This document shows positions 17,976 through 26,273 of a stretch of 64,000 nt of DNA, one piece after another (positions within the stretch are counted from its first letter, which is position 1; every line of letters starts with the position of its first letter). The translations under genes were made by a program, and so were the position numbers. The notes beneath the pieces were generated by a model. That model made no database searches. It was given only the letters and a program-made list of their open reading frames with translations, and was not told the DNA's origin. The stretch is from positions 2,368,001 to 2,432,000 of the forward strand of contig OZ254086.1 of NCBI GenBank assembly GCA_965267575.1, given 5' to 3'. Origin of the DNA: Calditrichales bacterium (GTDB lineage Bacteria; Calditrichota; Calditrichia; Calditrichales; J004).

Positions 17976-19171
17976 TAAAGCCAGAAGGGCCGGCTCTCCT
18001 GCTGCCAGCGTTTTTCATCGGGGTGCAGACGGCCGTCAAAATCGGAGGTTGTGGAGACGGGATCGTCTACCCATTCACGCAGAAAGGTGCTGCCGCTCAA
18101 CAGGTCGATGGCCAGCCGTTCCTTTTCATACTCGTACTCAAATTCCCGCCAGATGGGGTAGTCGGGGTATTCCAGGCGGACGGACTTCAGCATCAGGGCA
18201 ATGGCCCGGTAGGGTTTAAACGCGTTGTGATTGTAATGACGGTTGTCCGTGTGCCACTGCAGGCCGGCGCACAATTTTCCTGCGTGTTTGTTGAAGGTAG
18301 GCTCGAAATAGCAAGGACGAATCATTGCGCCCTCAAGCCACTGTGGCGCCAACGCCTGCATGTTTTTCAGGACTTTAGTGAAATCAATATCCGGCGCGCC
18401 GGCCAGTTCCAGCGCAACCGTCGTGCCACGGCCTTCGGAAAGCGTGGTACCCTCCAGCAGCACCGTTCCCGGGTAGCAGCGCGCCATGTTCAGGCTGCTC
18501 GCATTGGGACTGGGATTGACCCAGCTCAACTTGTGCAGCGGCCAGCCATACCCCGACCCCTCTTGCGGATCGTAACCTTCCATCGCGATAACCTGTAGCT
18601 CCACATCCAGATTTTTGTGCGCTACATACCAACGGGCAATCTCACCCAACGTCAGCCCATGACGCATAAGCAGCGGCGCCGCTCCGACGAAGCTTTCCCA
18701 GCCTTCCTGCAAAATGGTACCTTCCAGCGGGCGCCCTGCAGGATTGGGCCTGTCCAGCACGATGATCGATTTGCCTTTTTCGGCGCAGGCCTCCAGCATA
18801 TAGATCAGCGTGGTCACATAGGTGTAAATGCGCGTGCCGATATCCTGCAGGTCCACCAGGATAACATCAAAGCTGTCCATCATTTCATCGGTGGGCCGGC
18901 GCACCTTACCATACAGGCTGAAAACAGGAATGCCATGCCTCGGATCGTTATAGGTTTCCGATTCCACCATGTTATCCTGCTTATCGCCGCGCATGCCGTG
19001 CTGCGGTCCAAAGGCCGCAGACAAATTAACGCCGTCCAGAGCGCCAAGGGCATCCAGGCTGTGCTGCCCGGTGGATGTTACAGAAGCGGGATGACCCAAA
19101 AGCGCCACCCGGCGGCCATCCAATCCTTTATATAAAGCGGGTTTGTTTATCAGTACGTCTATTCCGGTCAT
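17972..19171 (-). CDS. namZ: DUF1343 / NamZ-family exo-beta-N-acetylmuramidase
   Basis: FGPQHG, SLYG, DLQDIGTRIYTY, LDRPNP, RHGLTLGE, PSPN, SEGRGT. Confidence 0.88.
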   Translation of the reverse strand: MTGIDVLINKPALYKGLDGRRVALLGHPASVTSTGQHSLDALGALDGVNLSAAFGPQHGMRGDKQDNMVESETYNDPRHGIPVFSLYGKVRRPTDEMMDSFDVILVDLQDIGTRIYTYVTTLIYMLEACAEKGKSIIVLDRPNPAGRPLEGTILQEGWESFVGAAPLLMRHGLTLGEIARWYVAHKNLDVELQVIAMEGYDPQEGSGYGWPLHKLSWVNPSPNASSLNMARCYPGTVLLEGTTLSEGRGTTVALELAGAPDIDFTKVLKNMQALAPQWLEGAMIRPCYFEPTFNKHAGKLCAGLQWHTDNRHYNHNAFKPYRAIALMLKSVRLEYPDYPIWREFEYEYEKERLAIDLLSGSTFLREWVDDPVSTTSDFDGRLHPDEKRWQQESRPFWLY

Positions 19172-19362
19172 AGTGTGCTAAAGTGTTAAAGTGTTAAAGT
19201 GTTTTCGGTCTTTTCATTCTCATTATCAAATATAGCCCGGATGCCTTAAAGTGATGAGGTCTTTACGCGTAACCTTGCCAAGAGAATTCATTCTTCTTGA
19301 TGCCTGTGTTCGGCTGCCTTCGCAGAGGATACCGGTGTTTCTGGCGGTCAACCGGGATGATA
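19172..19362. repeat. Dispersed repeat family A, copy 3
   Basis: gtgctaaagtgttaaagtgttaaagtgtt...ttttcattctcattatcaaa..., ending ggataccggtg...accgggatga as in the 8530-8730 copy. Confidence 0.65.
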
Positions 19363-19385
19363 CTTTCGATTCCGCATTTTGGACT

Positions 19386-20318
19386 CTACCAGTCTTCATC
19401 TCCGTAAAATTCTTTGGCTACATCTTCCGTGCGGGCGCGAATCTCCTCGATTTCTTTTTCGCTAAGCTTCTTTTTCCAGTTTTTGATTAGTTTTTTGCTG
19501 TCTCTTTTCAACGTGTGGATTTTATCTTTTTCGGCGAGTGCGGGGTTGTCATCACCGGTATATCTTTTTATATGCGTCTCAACCTTCGGGCCAAAGTCCA
19601 GGCTTAGTTTATCATAAAGCGCGCGGAATGATTTTACCGGTCTTGCTGCCAGGTCTTCATGCCGGTAAATATACCAATGCGGGTGATTGGCGCGATACTG
19701 CGCGATAGTCCAGGCAAAAATATTCCAGACCAGGGCCTGGGTCTCTATTTCCCATGGTATAAATTCTCGTGGCGCCTGTTCCAGTATTTCTTTTTTAAAC
19801 GGTTTAAGCTTTTCTTCCAGCAGCTCTTCCTGGTCGGCCAGCCACTTAAAATTGTACCCCCACTTCATGCGTCTTTGACTCTGTATTACCGCCGCAGGAT
19901 GCCTGACCAGTAAAATCATATCAAGATCAAAATTATTGTCCAGCCACTCCAGCGAGAAAAACGCCATGGGATCATGAATGACGGGGCGGCGATTGCGTGC
20001 TTTTTGAAAATGGTGATTAATAAACCGATACGCCGTATAGGGGTAAAAATACAATCCCTGGCGGCCCAAAACAGAGCCCAGTTCCGATACTGTGAACGAA
20101 AGACCGATCATGTTTTTAACGCGTGTCTTCAGAGCGTTGTCATTGTTGCCATTCAGATAGATGTAATTATTTTTAAAACCGCTGGCGAACATGGAAGCAC
20201 GCAGAATATTGAAAGGTTCAGCGATTGTATATTTTTCATCGGCCAGGGCTATCATCCGTGCCGTCCATGTGGTACCCGAACGAACAAATCCGCTAACAAA
20301 TGTAGCATCCTTTGGCAT
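19386..20318 (-). CDS. Sulfotransferase family protein
   Basis: 5'-PAPS-binding loop GFVRSGTT, EPFN, VRHPAAVIQS, RHEDL, NWKKKLS. Confidence 0.85.
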   Translation of the reverse strand: MPKDATFVSGFVRSGTTWTARMIALADEKYTIAEPFNILRASMFASGFKNNYIYLNGNNDNALKTRVKNMIGLSFTVSELGSVLGRQGLYFYPYTAYRFINHHFQKARNRRPVIHDPMAFFSLEWLDNNFDLDMILLVRHPAAVIQSQRRMKWGYNFKWLADQEELLEEKLKPFKKEILEQAPREFIPWEIETQALVWNIFAWTIAQYRANHPHWYIYRHEDLAARPVKSFRALYDKLSLDFGPKVETHIKRYTGDDNPALAEKDKIHTLKRDSKKLIKNWKKKLSEKEIEEIRARTEDVAKEFYGDEDW

Positions 20319-20496
20319 AAATGATCCCTTTTAGTTAACTGATTCGCCGCCTAAACTAAAGGCGGCATATGTTTTTATCAAATGAAGGATTGAATCACTG
20401 TACGGCCTGCGTTCATAGTTGCATGGAAGCATAATATTAGGCAAACTTGCGTCGACGATTAACGTTATTACCCGCACAAAATGAGAATAAATCAAA

Positions 20497-21684
20497 ATGT
20501 ACGATCCCAAATCTTTTTACAGGGAACTGGATTCCCTGCTGGCCAAAATTGAAAAAGGCCTGTCTGTAAAAAACCTCTTAACCTCCATCCTGCGCGAACT
20601 GGAGCAAAATTTTCAACTGCAATTTCATATCTGCGACGGCGCCATTTATGAACAGCGCGGTCAGCAATTTATTCGTGTGCACACATCCGGTTCCAATAAT
20701 TGGAACGAATCCCTCGACAGCGAAGGTAATGCTGTCCAGCAGGTGACAAAGCACGGCAGTTTTATTTACGACAGCACCGGCAATGAAGAGTTCGGGCTGA
20801 ATCATAATGCCGGCTATATAACACCGGCCGCGATTGGCATTCATAGTCCGGAAAAGCAGTGGCTGCTTGTGTTTGGCCTGAAAAACCATTGGGTGCGCGA
20901 AGAGGTCCTTCTTTTTCTGAATGCTGTCCGTACCACCATCAACTATCGTCTTTTCTCGGAGATCATCGGTGGTGAATTAAAGCAGGCCGAGCAGATCCAG
21001 AAAAGCCTGCTGCCGCGCCGGTCTCCGAAATTTGAAGGTCTTGATATTTACGGCAAATCTATCCCGGCGGAAATCGTTGGCGGTGATTTTTACGAATACT
21101 TTGAACTGGACGGGGGAAACATTGGCATCAGCGTCGGTGATGTGAGCGGGCATGGCCTGCCGGCGGCGCTGCTTGTGCGCGACGTGGTAGTGGGGCTGCG
21201 CATGGGCCTGGCCAGTGAATACAAGCTGGTCTATACGCTAAAACGCCTCAACAAAGTGATCCAGAAAAGCACCTTTTCCAGCAACTTTGTTTCCATGTTC
21301 ACCGGGGAAATTGAAAAAAACGGCCATATCTTTTACGTAAATGCCGGCCATCCGGCACCCTTTAAAGTGCATGGCGACAGTGTCGAGGATCTCGGCCCGA
21401 CCGGGATTGTTCTTGGTTTCCTGGAAGAAATCGACCTGTACCGCTCGCATACGCACCTGCAGCCCGGCGCGGTGCTGGTTTTGTACACGGATGGAATCTT
21501 TGAGCGGCAAAATGAGAAAGAAGAGTTTTTCAGCGTTGATCGCCTCAAAGAGCTGGTCCGCGAAAACCAGGTCAAAAGTGCCAAAGAGATCGTGGAGCTG
21601 ATTTTTGACAGCGCCTATGGTTTTGGCCACGCCACTAACTGGACCGATGACGCCACCGTGGTAGTTATAAAACGGCGCACCTGA
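20497..21684 (+). CDS. PP2C/SpoIIE (RsbU-like) serine phosphatase with N-terminal sensory (GAF-like) domain
   Basis: AEQIQKSLLP, VGGDFY, GDVSGHG, YVNAGHP, LYTDGI, DDATVVV. Confidence 0.9.
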   Translation: MYDPKSFYRELDSLLAKIEKGLSVKNLLTSILRELEQNFQLQFHICDGAIYEQRGQQFIRVHTSGSNNWNESLDSEGNAVQQVTKHGSFIYDSTGNEEFGLNHNAGYITPAAIGIHSPEKQWLLVFGLKNHWVREEVLLFLNAVRTTINYRLFSEIIGGELKQAEQIQKSLLPRRSPKFEGLDIYGKSIPAEIVGGDFYEYFELDGGNIGISVGDVSGHGLPAALLVRDVVVGLRMGLASEYKLVYTLKRLNKVIQKSTFSSNFVSMFTGEIEKNGHIFYVNAGHPAPFKVHGDSVEDLGPTGIVLGFLEEIDLYRSHTHLQPGAVLVLYTDGIFERQNEKEEFFSVDRLKELVRENQVKSAKEIVELIFDSAYGFGHATNWTDDATVVVIKRRT

Positions 21685-21692
21685 ACAAGCAG

Positions 21693-22709
21693 CTACTGCG
21701 GCCGCACAAAAGCGAGTATAGTGCGCGGGTGGGTATCGGTAGCCAGCAGAAAACCGCCTCTTTCCGGAAACCGCACCAGGCCTTCCCAGTTGCGCGATTC
21801 GCCGCTAAGCTGAAGCAAAAGCGGCGCGTTGCCGCTGAACCTAACGCCTTCTTCCGTTAGCTCAAGCTCTACCAGTCTTTCCACACCCACGTTCTTCATA
21901 TGGCTCGAGCCCACGCCAAAGAGAATAAACAGCGAATCGGTAGCCGGATCCAGTTTGCCGATTTGTCCCTCGTAAAGATAGTTGCTTACCCAGAACCGTT
22001 GTTGATTGTCGATCCTGGTTGCGTCGGTTAAACGGTACTCAAGGTGGGTCATGGAGAGCGTACCCGCCGGATTAAGGTTCCAGTCGAAAAGGTTGACCAG
22101 CGGATTGCGGTTTACATTTTCGCCATTCGCTTCATAAAATGTGTAGACAATACTGTCGCGGATCAGCAGAGCCTCGTCGCTGAAGTTGTTAATGCCCGCC
22201 CGGCCGGGTATAACCGCGCGCTTTTCTGTGTTAAGAACAAGCCTGTTTTGCCCGGGATCAATATATCCTTTAAACAGCCATGCCTGCATTTCGCCATCTG
22301 GGCCGGCTTCCACCGATACAAACGCCGTGGTTCCGTCAAAAGCGATTGCCTCAAGCCCTTCATAGCCCTTTTGCTCATCCAGGCCAGGTGCTTCAAACTG
22401 AAGCCTGCCGGGTTGCAGCGCCTGTTGCGCACCGGCATCAAGATAATCTTCCAGTTGCTGTTTGGTTAGAAAGAAAAGGTGATTGTCAAAACGGTCGGGG
22501 TATTGCGTCAGCAGAATCAGGGTATCGCCAAACCAGGTCAGGCCGGATAATTCCGCATCCGGACTGGTAATATCACCATTGAGCCGGATTTCCGTAATGG
22601 CAGATTCCGCGGCTTCCGGCACACCGTCATAGCGCTCTTCCGGCAGCGACTGTTCGCTGCACGCGCCAAGCAAAGCAATCAAAAAAAGAAACAGGATAAT
22701 ACGCACCAT
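21693..22709 (-). CDS. Hypothetical lipoprotein, probable beta-propeller (phytase/esterase-like)
   Basis: Lipobox LLGAC; repeated ELSGL / YEGLEAI / NWEGL motifs; GGAGG RBS before ATG22709. Confidence 0.6.
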   Translation of the reverse strand: MVRIILFLFLIALLGACSEQSLPEERYDGVPEAAESAITEIRLNGDITSPDAELSGLTWFGDTLILLTQYPDRFDNHLFFLTKQQLEDYLDAGAQQALQPGRLQFEAPGLDEQKGYEGLEAIAFDGTTAFVSVEAGPDGEMQAWLFKGYIDPGQNRLVLNTEKRAVIPGRAGINNFSDEALLIRDSIVYTFYEANGENVNRNPLVNLFDWNLNPAGTLSMTHLEYRLTDATRIDNQQRFWVSNYLYEGQIGKLDPATDSLFILFGVGSSHMKNVGVERLVELELTEEGVRFSGNAPLLLQLSGESRNWEGLVRFPERGGFLLATDTHPRTILAFVRPQ

Positions 22710-22792
22710 CGGCCTCCGTTTTAACGCCTGATGGTAGTATACCCAGTTTGACAACAGGTATCAATTGTCTTGGGGGTGTGAAAGTCTGGAAA

Positions 22793-24601
22793 TTACTTCT
22801 TTGTCGGGGCCAGTTTTTCCAGTTCGCTAAAATAGCTGTCTGTGCAGTCGGGGCACATGCTATGGCTGAATTTGGCTTCCGAGTGGCGGCTGACGTATTT
22901 CTCCAGTTCATTCCAGTAGCCCTGGTCGTCGCGGATTTTTTTGCAACTGGAGCAAATAGGCAGCAAGCCATGCAACGTTTTTACGTTTTGCAGCGCTTCC
23001 TGCAATTCATCAATCAGCTTTTGCCGCTCACGGTTGATATACATGATCTCGGCATTCTGGTCTTGCAGCAGGCGATTGGTTCGTTTGACAAAAAGCTGGC
23101 GCATTACCAGCGCGAAAATAAGCGCCAGAGCCATTAGGGCAATAATGATCAGGAAATTGCGCACCTCCTTTTCCCGGGCGATGCTCAGCCTCTGTATCTC
23201 ATTATCTTTGCGCAGCAGCGCGTTTTCCGCCTCTTTTTGCTCCAGGCTATAGCGGATTTGAAGATCGGTAAATTCGTGCATCTTTTCGTAATTAAACAGG
23301 CTGTCCTGCCAGGCCGCGCCGCTCTTGTAATACTGCAGGGCAAGGCCCAGATCGCCTTGTTTCTCATACACGCGCGAAATGATGAAATCGGTACGGGCCA
23401 GAATATCGCGGTAGGTTTCCTCGCGCGCTATTTCGCGGCTGTTCCGGGCGTAGATAAGGGTTTTGTTGTTTTGGCCCAGCTCGAAATAAATTTCGGCCAT
23501 ATCGCAAAGCGCGATGGCCTGGCGGTAATAGTTGCCTATGCTCCGGCCAATATTCAGGGAGGCGTCATAATGGTGCAGCGCCTTGTCAAATTCGCGCAGT
23601 TGCCCGTACACATTGCCAAGGTGCCTGTGTGCCAGGCTGATACCACCCTTCTTGTCCTCCAGGCTGTAATTATGCAGCGCTTCCGTATAGTATTTAATCG
23701 CCTGAGCGTTTTCACCCCTGGCCTGGTGGTAAGCGCCAATATTCACCTGCGAGTAAGCCTTGCCAAAAACATAACCGGTGGAGTCACAAATCGAGAGCGC
23801 CTGACGGTAAAACCCGTAAGCTTCGTCAAAGCGTTTCCATTCCTGGTAGACCAAACCCATGTTGTTCAGGATCAGCGCGATGTTTTTCTTGTCACCGGTT
23901 TTGCGCCGGAAGTACAGCGCCCGCTGGTAGTAATCGAGTGCGTTGTTGTAACTGCCCATACCCCAGTAGATCGTGCCAATATTGTTAAGCGTGCGGCCCT
24001 GGCGGTCGTCGTCCTGCAAGGTTTCGTATAAAACCAGCGCACGACGGTAGTAGCCTATTGCTTCGCCAAAGTGGCCTGCTGCCCAAAAGCTAAGTCCCAC
24101 GTTATTAAAGCATTCCGCCGTTTTTTCTTTGTTATCCAGGGAATCATAAGCTATGGCAGCAGCGATAAAAGCCTTTGCCGCTTCCGTGGAGCGATAGGCC
24201 TTATAGTATGCGTAAGCCTTCTGAAACAGGACATAAGCGATCTCGTCTTCCAGCTTATGATCCTCGTAAATATTTTCCGCGGATTCAAAAATGGCTATAG
24301 CGCTGTCCGTTTCGCCAAGCTGTATGTAGGCTCTTCCGCGTGCTTTAAGCGCCTCCGCCACAGAAAGCCTTTGGCCGCTGCTTTGGGCTGCCTTCATGGC
24401 GCTGTCGGCAAAAAACAAGGCTTGTCGCGGTAAACTGTCCTTAACGGCGATACTCAGCTCGCTCCACCAGTGGGCTTTTTGCGCGTGGGATGCGCTGCCA
24501 TTTAGCAGTTGTGTAAGGCTGTCTGCCGAAGCAGGCGTCTGGCAAAAGGCATTTTGCGCGATAAAAATAAAGGCTATCAGGCCAAGAGATCTTTTTTTCA
24601 T
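22793..24601 (-). CDS. Periplasmic TPR-repeat sensor with one TM helix, coiled coil and C-terminal Cys/His domain
   Basis: Signal peptide; tandem TPRs (NNVG, NNIG, NNMG, VNIG); TM FLIIIALMALALIFALVM; tail LLPICSSCKKIRDDQGYW...FSHSMCPDC. Confidence 0.85.
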   Translation of the reverse strand: MKKRSLGLIAFIFIAQNAFCQTPASADSLTQLLNGSASHAQKAHWWSELSIAVKDSLPRQALFFADSAMKAAQSSGQRLSVAEALKARGRAYIQLGETDSAIAIFESAENIYEDHKLEDEIAYVLFQKAYAYYKAYRSTEAAKAFIAAAIAYDSLDNKEKTAECFNNVGLSFWAAGHFGEAIGYYRRALVLYETLQDDDRQGRTLNNIGTIYWGMGSYNNALDYYQRALYFRRKTGDKKNIALILNNMGLVYQEWKRFDEAYGFYRQALSICDSTGYVFGKAYSQVNIGAYHQARGENAQAIKYYTEALHNYSLEDKKGGISLAHRHLGNVYGQLREFDKALHHYDASLNIGRSIGNYYRQAIALCDMAEIYFELGQNNKTLIYARNSREIAREETYRDILARTDFIISRVYEKQGDLGLALQYYKSGAAWQDSLFNYEKMHEFTDLQIRYSLEQKEAENALLRKDNEIQRLSIAREKEVRNFLIIIALMALALIFALVMRQLFVKRTNRLLQDQNAEIMYINRERQKLIDELQEALQNVKTLHGLLPICSSCKKIRDDQGYWNELEKYVSRHSEAKFSHSMCPDCTDSYFSELEKLAPTKK

Positions 24602-24737
24602 TTCCTTAACTGTAAAATTAACTTCCTTATCTAAATAATCGTCAACCGGGTCCGGCGCTGAAGGCAAACGTTTCAGTTGGGCATTTTTTTAGGCCGGTCA
24701 AAGTTTAATAATCGCCTTAATACCCATATATTTAAAT

Positions 24738-25718
24738 ATGGCCAATCAAAACTTTTCGTTAAGGTACATGCTAAAAAATTTTCTGCGGATTGTCCTGATT
24801 CTTATTGTCGTCATCCTGGGCGTCTTCGGCGCCTGGGCCATCTGGGAGCGTAACCGCGAGCCGCTGCCGGCGCTGGATACAATCGCTGACGATATAAAAG
24901 TAGTAAACAGCTTTACACTGCGCGATTCCACCATTGCCGGATTGCGCGACTACCAAACCATTACGCTATTCTCTCAAAAAAGCGATACCATACGCGCCAT
25001 TATCAGCTTTCCGCCGAGAAAAATTGAAAAGCCGCTGCCGGTTGTAACGATCCTTGGCGGCCTGGAAATCGGGCGTAAAAATTTTTCTTTTATCCCTGAT
25101 CCCGGTGATAATATTTTGATCATTTATATGTATCCATACAGCCCGGAGTATTGGTACGAAGGCCATGCGTTGCAAGAGGTGCCGCGTATCCGCAACGGTA
25201 TTCTCAACGTTCCGGCGCAAATCACCGAACTGTCGCGCTGGGTGCAAAAACAATCCTGGTGTGATACCTCGCGGGTGTCACTTTTGGGCTACAGCTTTGG
25301 TTCGCTGTTTCTGCCCGCGGTGGAGCGGCTGGCCGCGCGCCATAACGTGCGCAGCGGCCCGATGATCCTGGCTTACGGTGGCGTGGATATAGAAATGCTG
25401 TTGTATGAAAACCTGCGGGTGAAACCACTCTGGCTGCGGCGCTTTTCCGCCTGGCTTGCGGCAACGGCAATCTACACGGTGGACCCGCTGCATCACGCGC
25501 CGCGTATGCACGGCGATATCTATATCATCAACGGCACGGAAGACAGCCAGATCCCTGATGCTTCCTGGAAAAAGCTGCAGAACCTCGTGCCGAGTCCTGA
25601 CAAAATAGACATCCTGCCCGGGGCGGGGCACATGCATCCGCGCAAACCGGAGCTCACAGCCAAACTTGTCCGTATGAGCCGCGCCTGGCTTAAGGAAAAA
25701 GGGGTACTTAACCCTTAG
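24738..25718 (+). CDS. Membrane-anchored alpha/beta-hydrolase-fold protein
   Basis: N-terminal TM; nucleophile elbow GYSFG; NGTEDSQIP and GAGH (Asp and His of the triad). Confidence 0.7.
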   Translation: MANQNFSLRYMLKNFLRIVLILIVVILGVFGAWAIWERNREPLPALDTIADDIKVVNSFTLRDSTIAGLRDYQTITLFSQKSDTIRAIISFPPRKIEKPLPVVTILGGLEIGRKNFSFIPDPGDNILIIYMYPYSPEYWYEGHALQEVPRIRNGILNVPAQITELSRWVQKQSWCDTSRVSLLGYSFGSLFLPAVERLAARHNVRSGPMILAYGGVDIEMLLYENLRVKPLWLRRFSAWLAATAIYTVDPLHHAPRMHGDIYIINGTEDSQIPDASWKKLQNLVPSPDKIDILPGAGHMHPRKPELTAKLVRMSRAWLKEKGVLNP

Positions 25719-25764
25719 TCCAAACGGTAGTCATCAGTTTCATTTTCATAGACCTGAGGTATCC

Positions 25765-26217
25765 ATGGATCAAACAAAAATCGCGGTTAAACAAATTGAC
25801 CACATCGAGCTCTTTGTGCCCGATCGCTACAAGGCCGCCAAATGGTATGAAGAAAACCTGGGCTTGAAAATCCTTACGCCTTTTGAACACTGGTCGGAGG
25901 CCAAGGGCGGGCCGCTAATGATCTCGACAGCTTCCGCGCATACAAAGATAGCTCTATTTGAAGGGGATGGTCAGCAAAGTGAGCCACAGCGCGGTATCCG
26001 CCGGATCGCATTTTTGCTGCCCGGCAATGATTTTGTATCGTTTTTGGCGGCGGTTTCAGATTTAAACCTGCATGATAAAAACGGGCGCCGCATTTCAAGC
26101 CTGAAACCTTCTGACCACGGCGTGGCCTGGTCTGTCTATTTTTGCGACCCGTGGGGCACACGTCTGGAAATTACCACCTACGATTATGACCTTGTTGCGG
26201 AGAAATTAAAAGCATAA
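25765..26217 (+). CDS. VOC/glyoxalase family protein
   Basis: IDHIEL, WYEENLG, SVYFCDPWGTRLEI. Confidence 0.85.
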   Translation: MDQTKIAVKQIDHIELFVPDRYKAAKWYEENLGLKILTPFEHWSEAKGGPLMISTASAHTKIALFEGDGQQSEPQRGIRRIAFLLPGNDFVSFLAAVSDLNLHDKNGRRISSLKPSDHGVAWSVYFCDPWGTRLEITTYDYDLVAEKLKA

Positions 26218-26273
26218 CCGGACGTGCACGGAGATCTCTTTTTTGGGCATCACGTCGGCAAGACTAAATGAAT

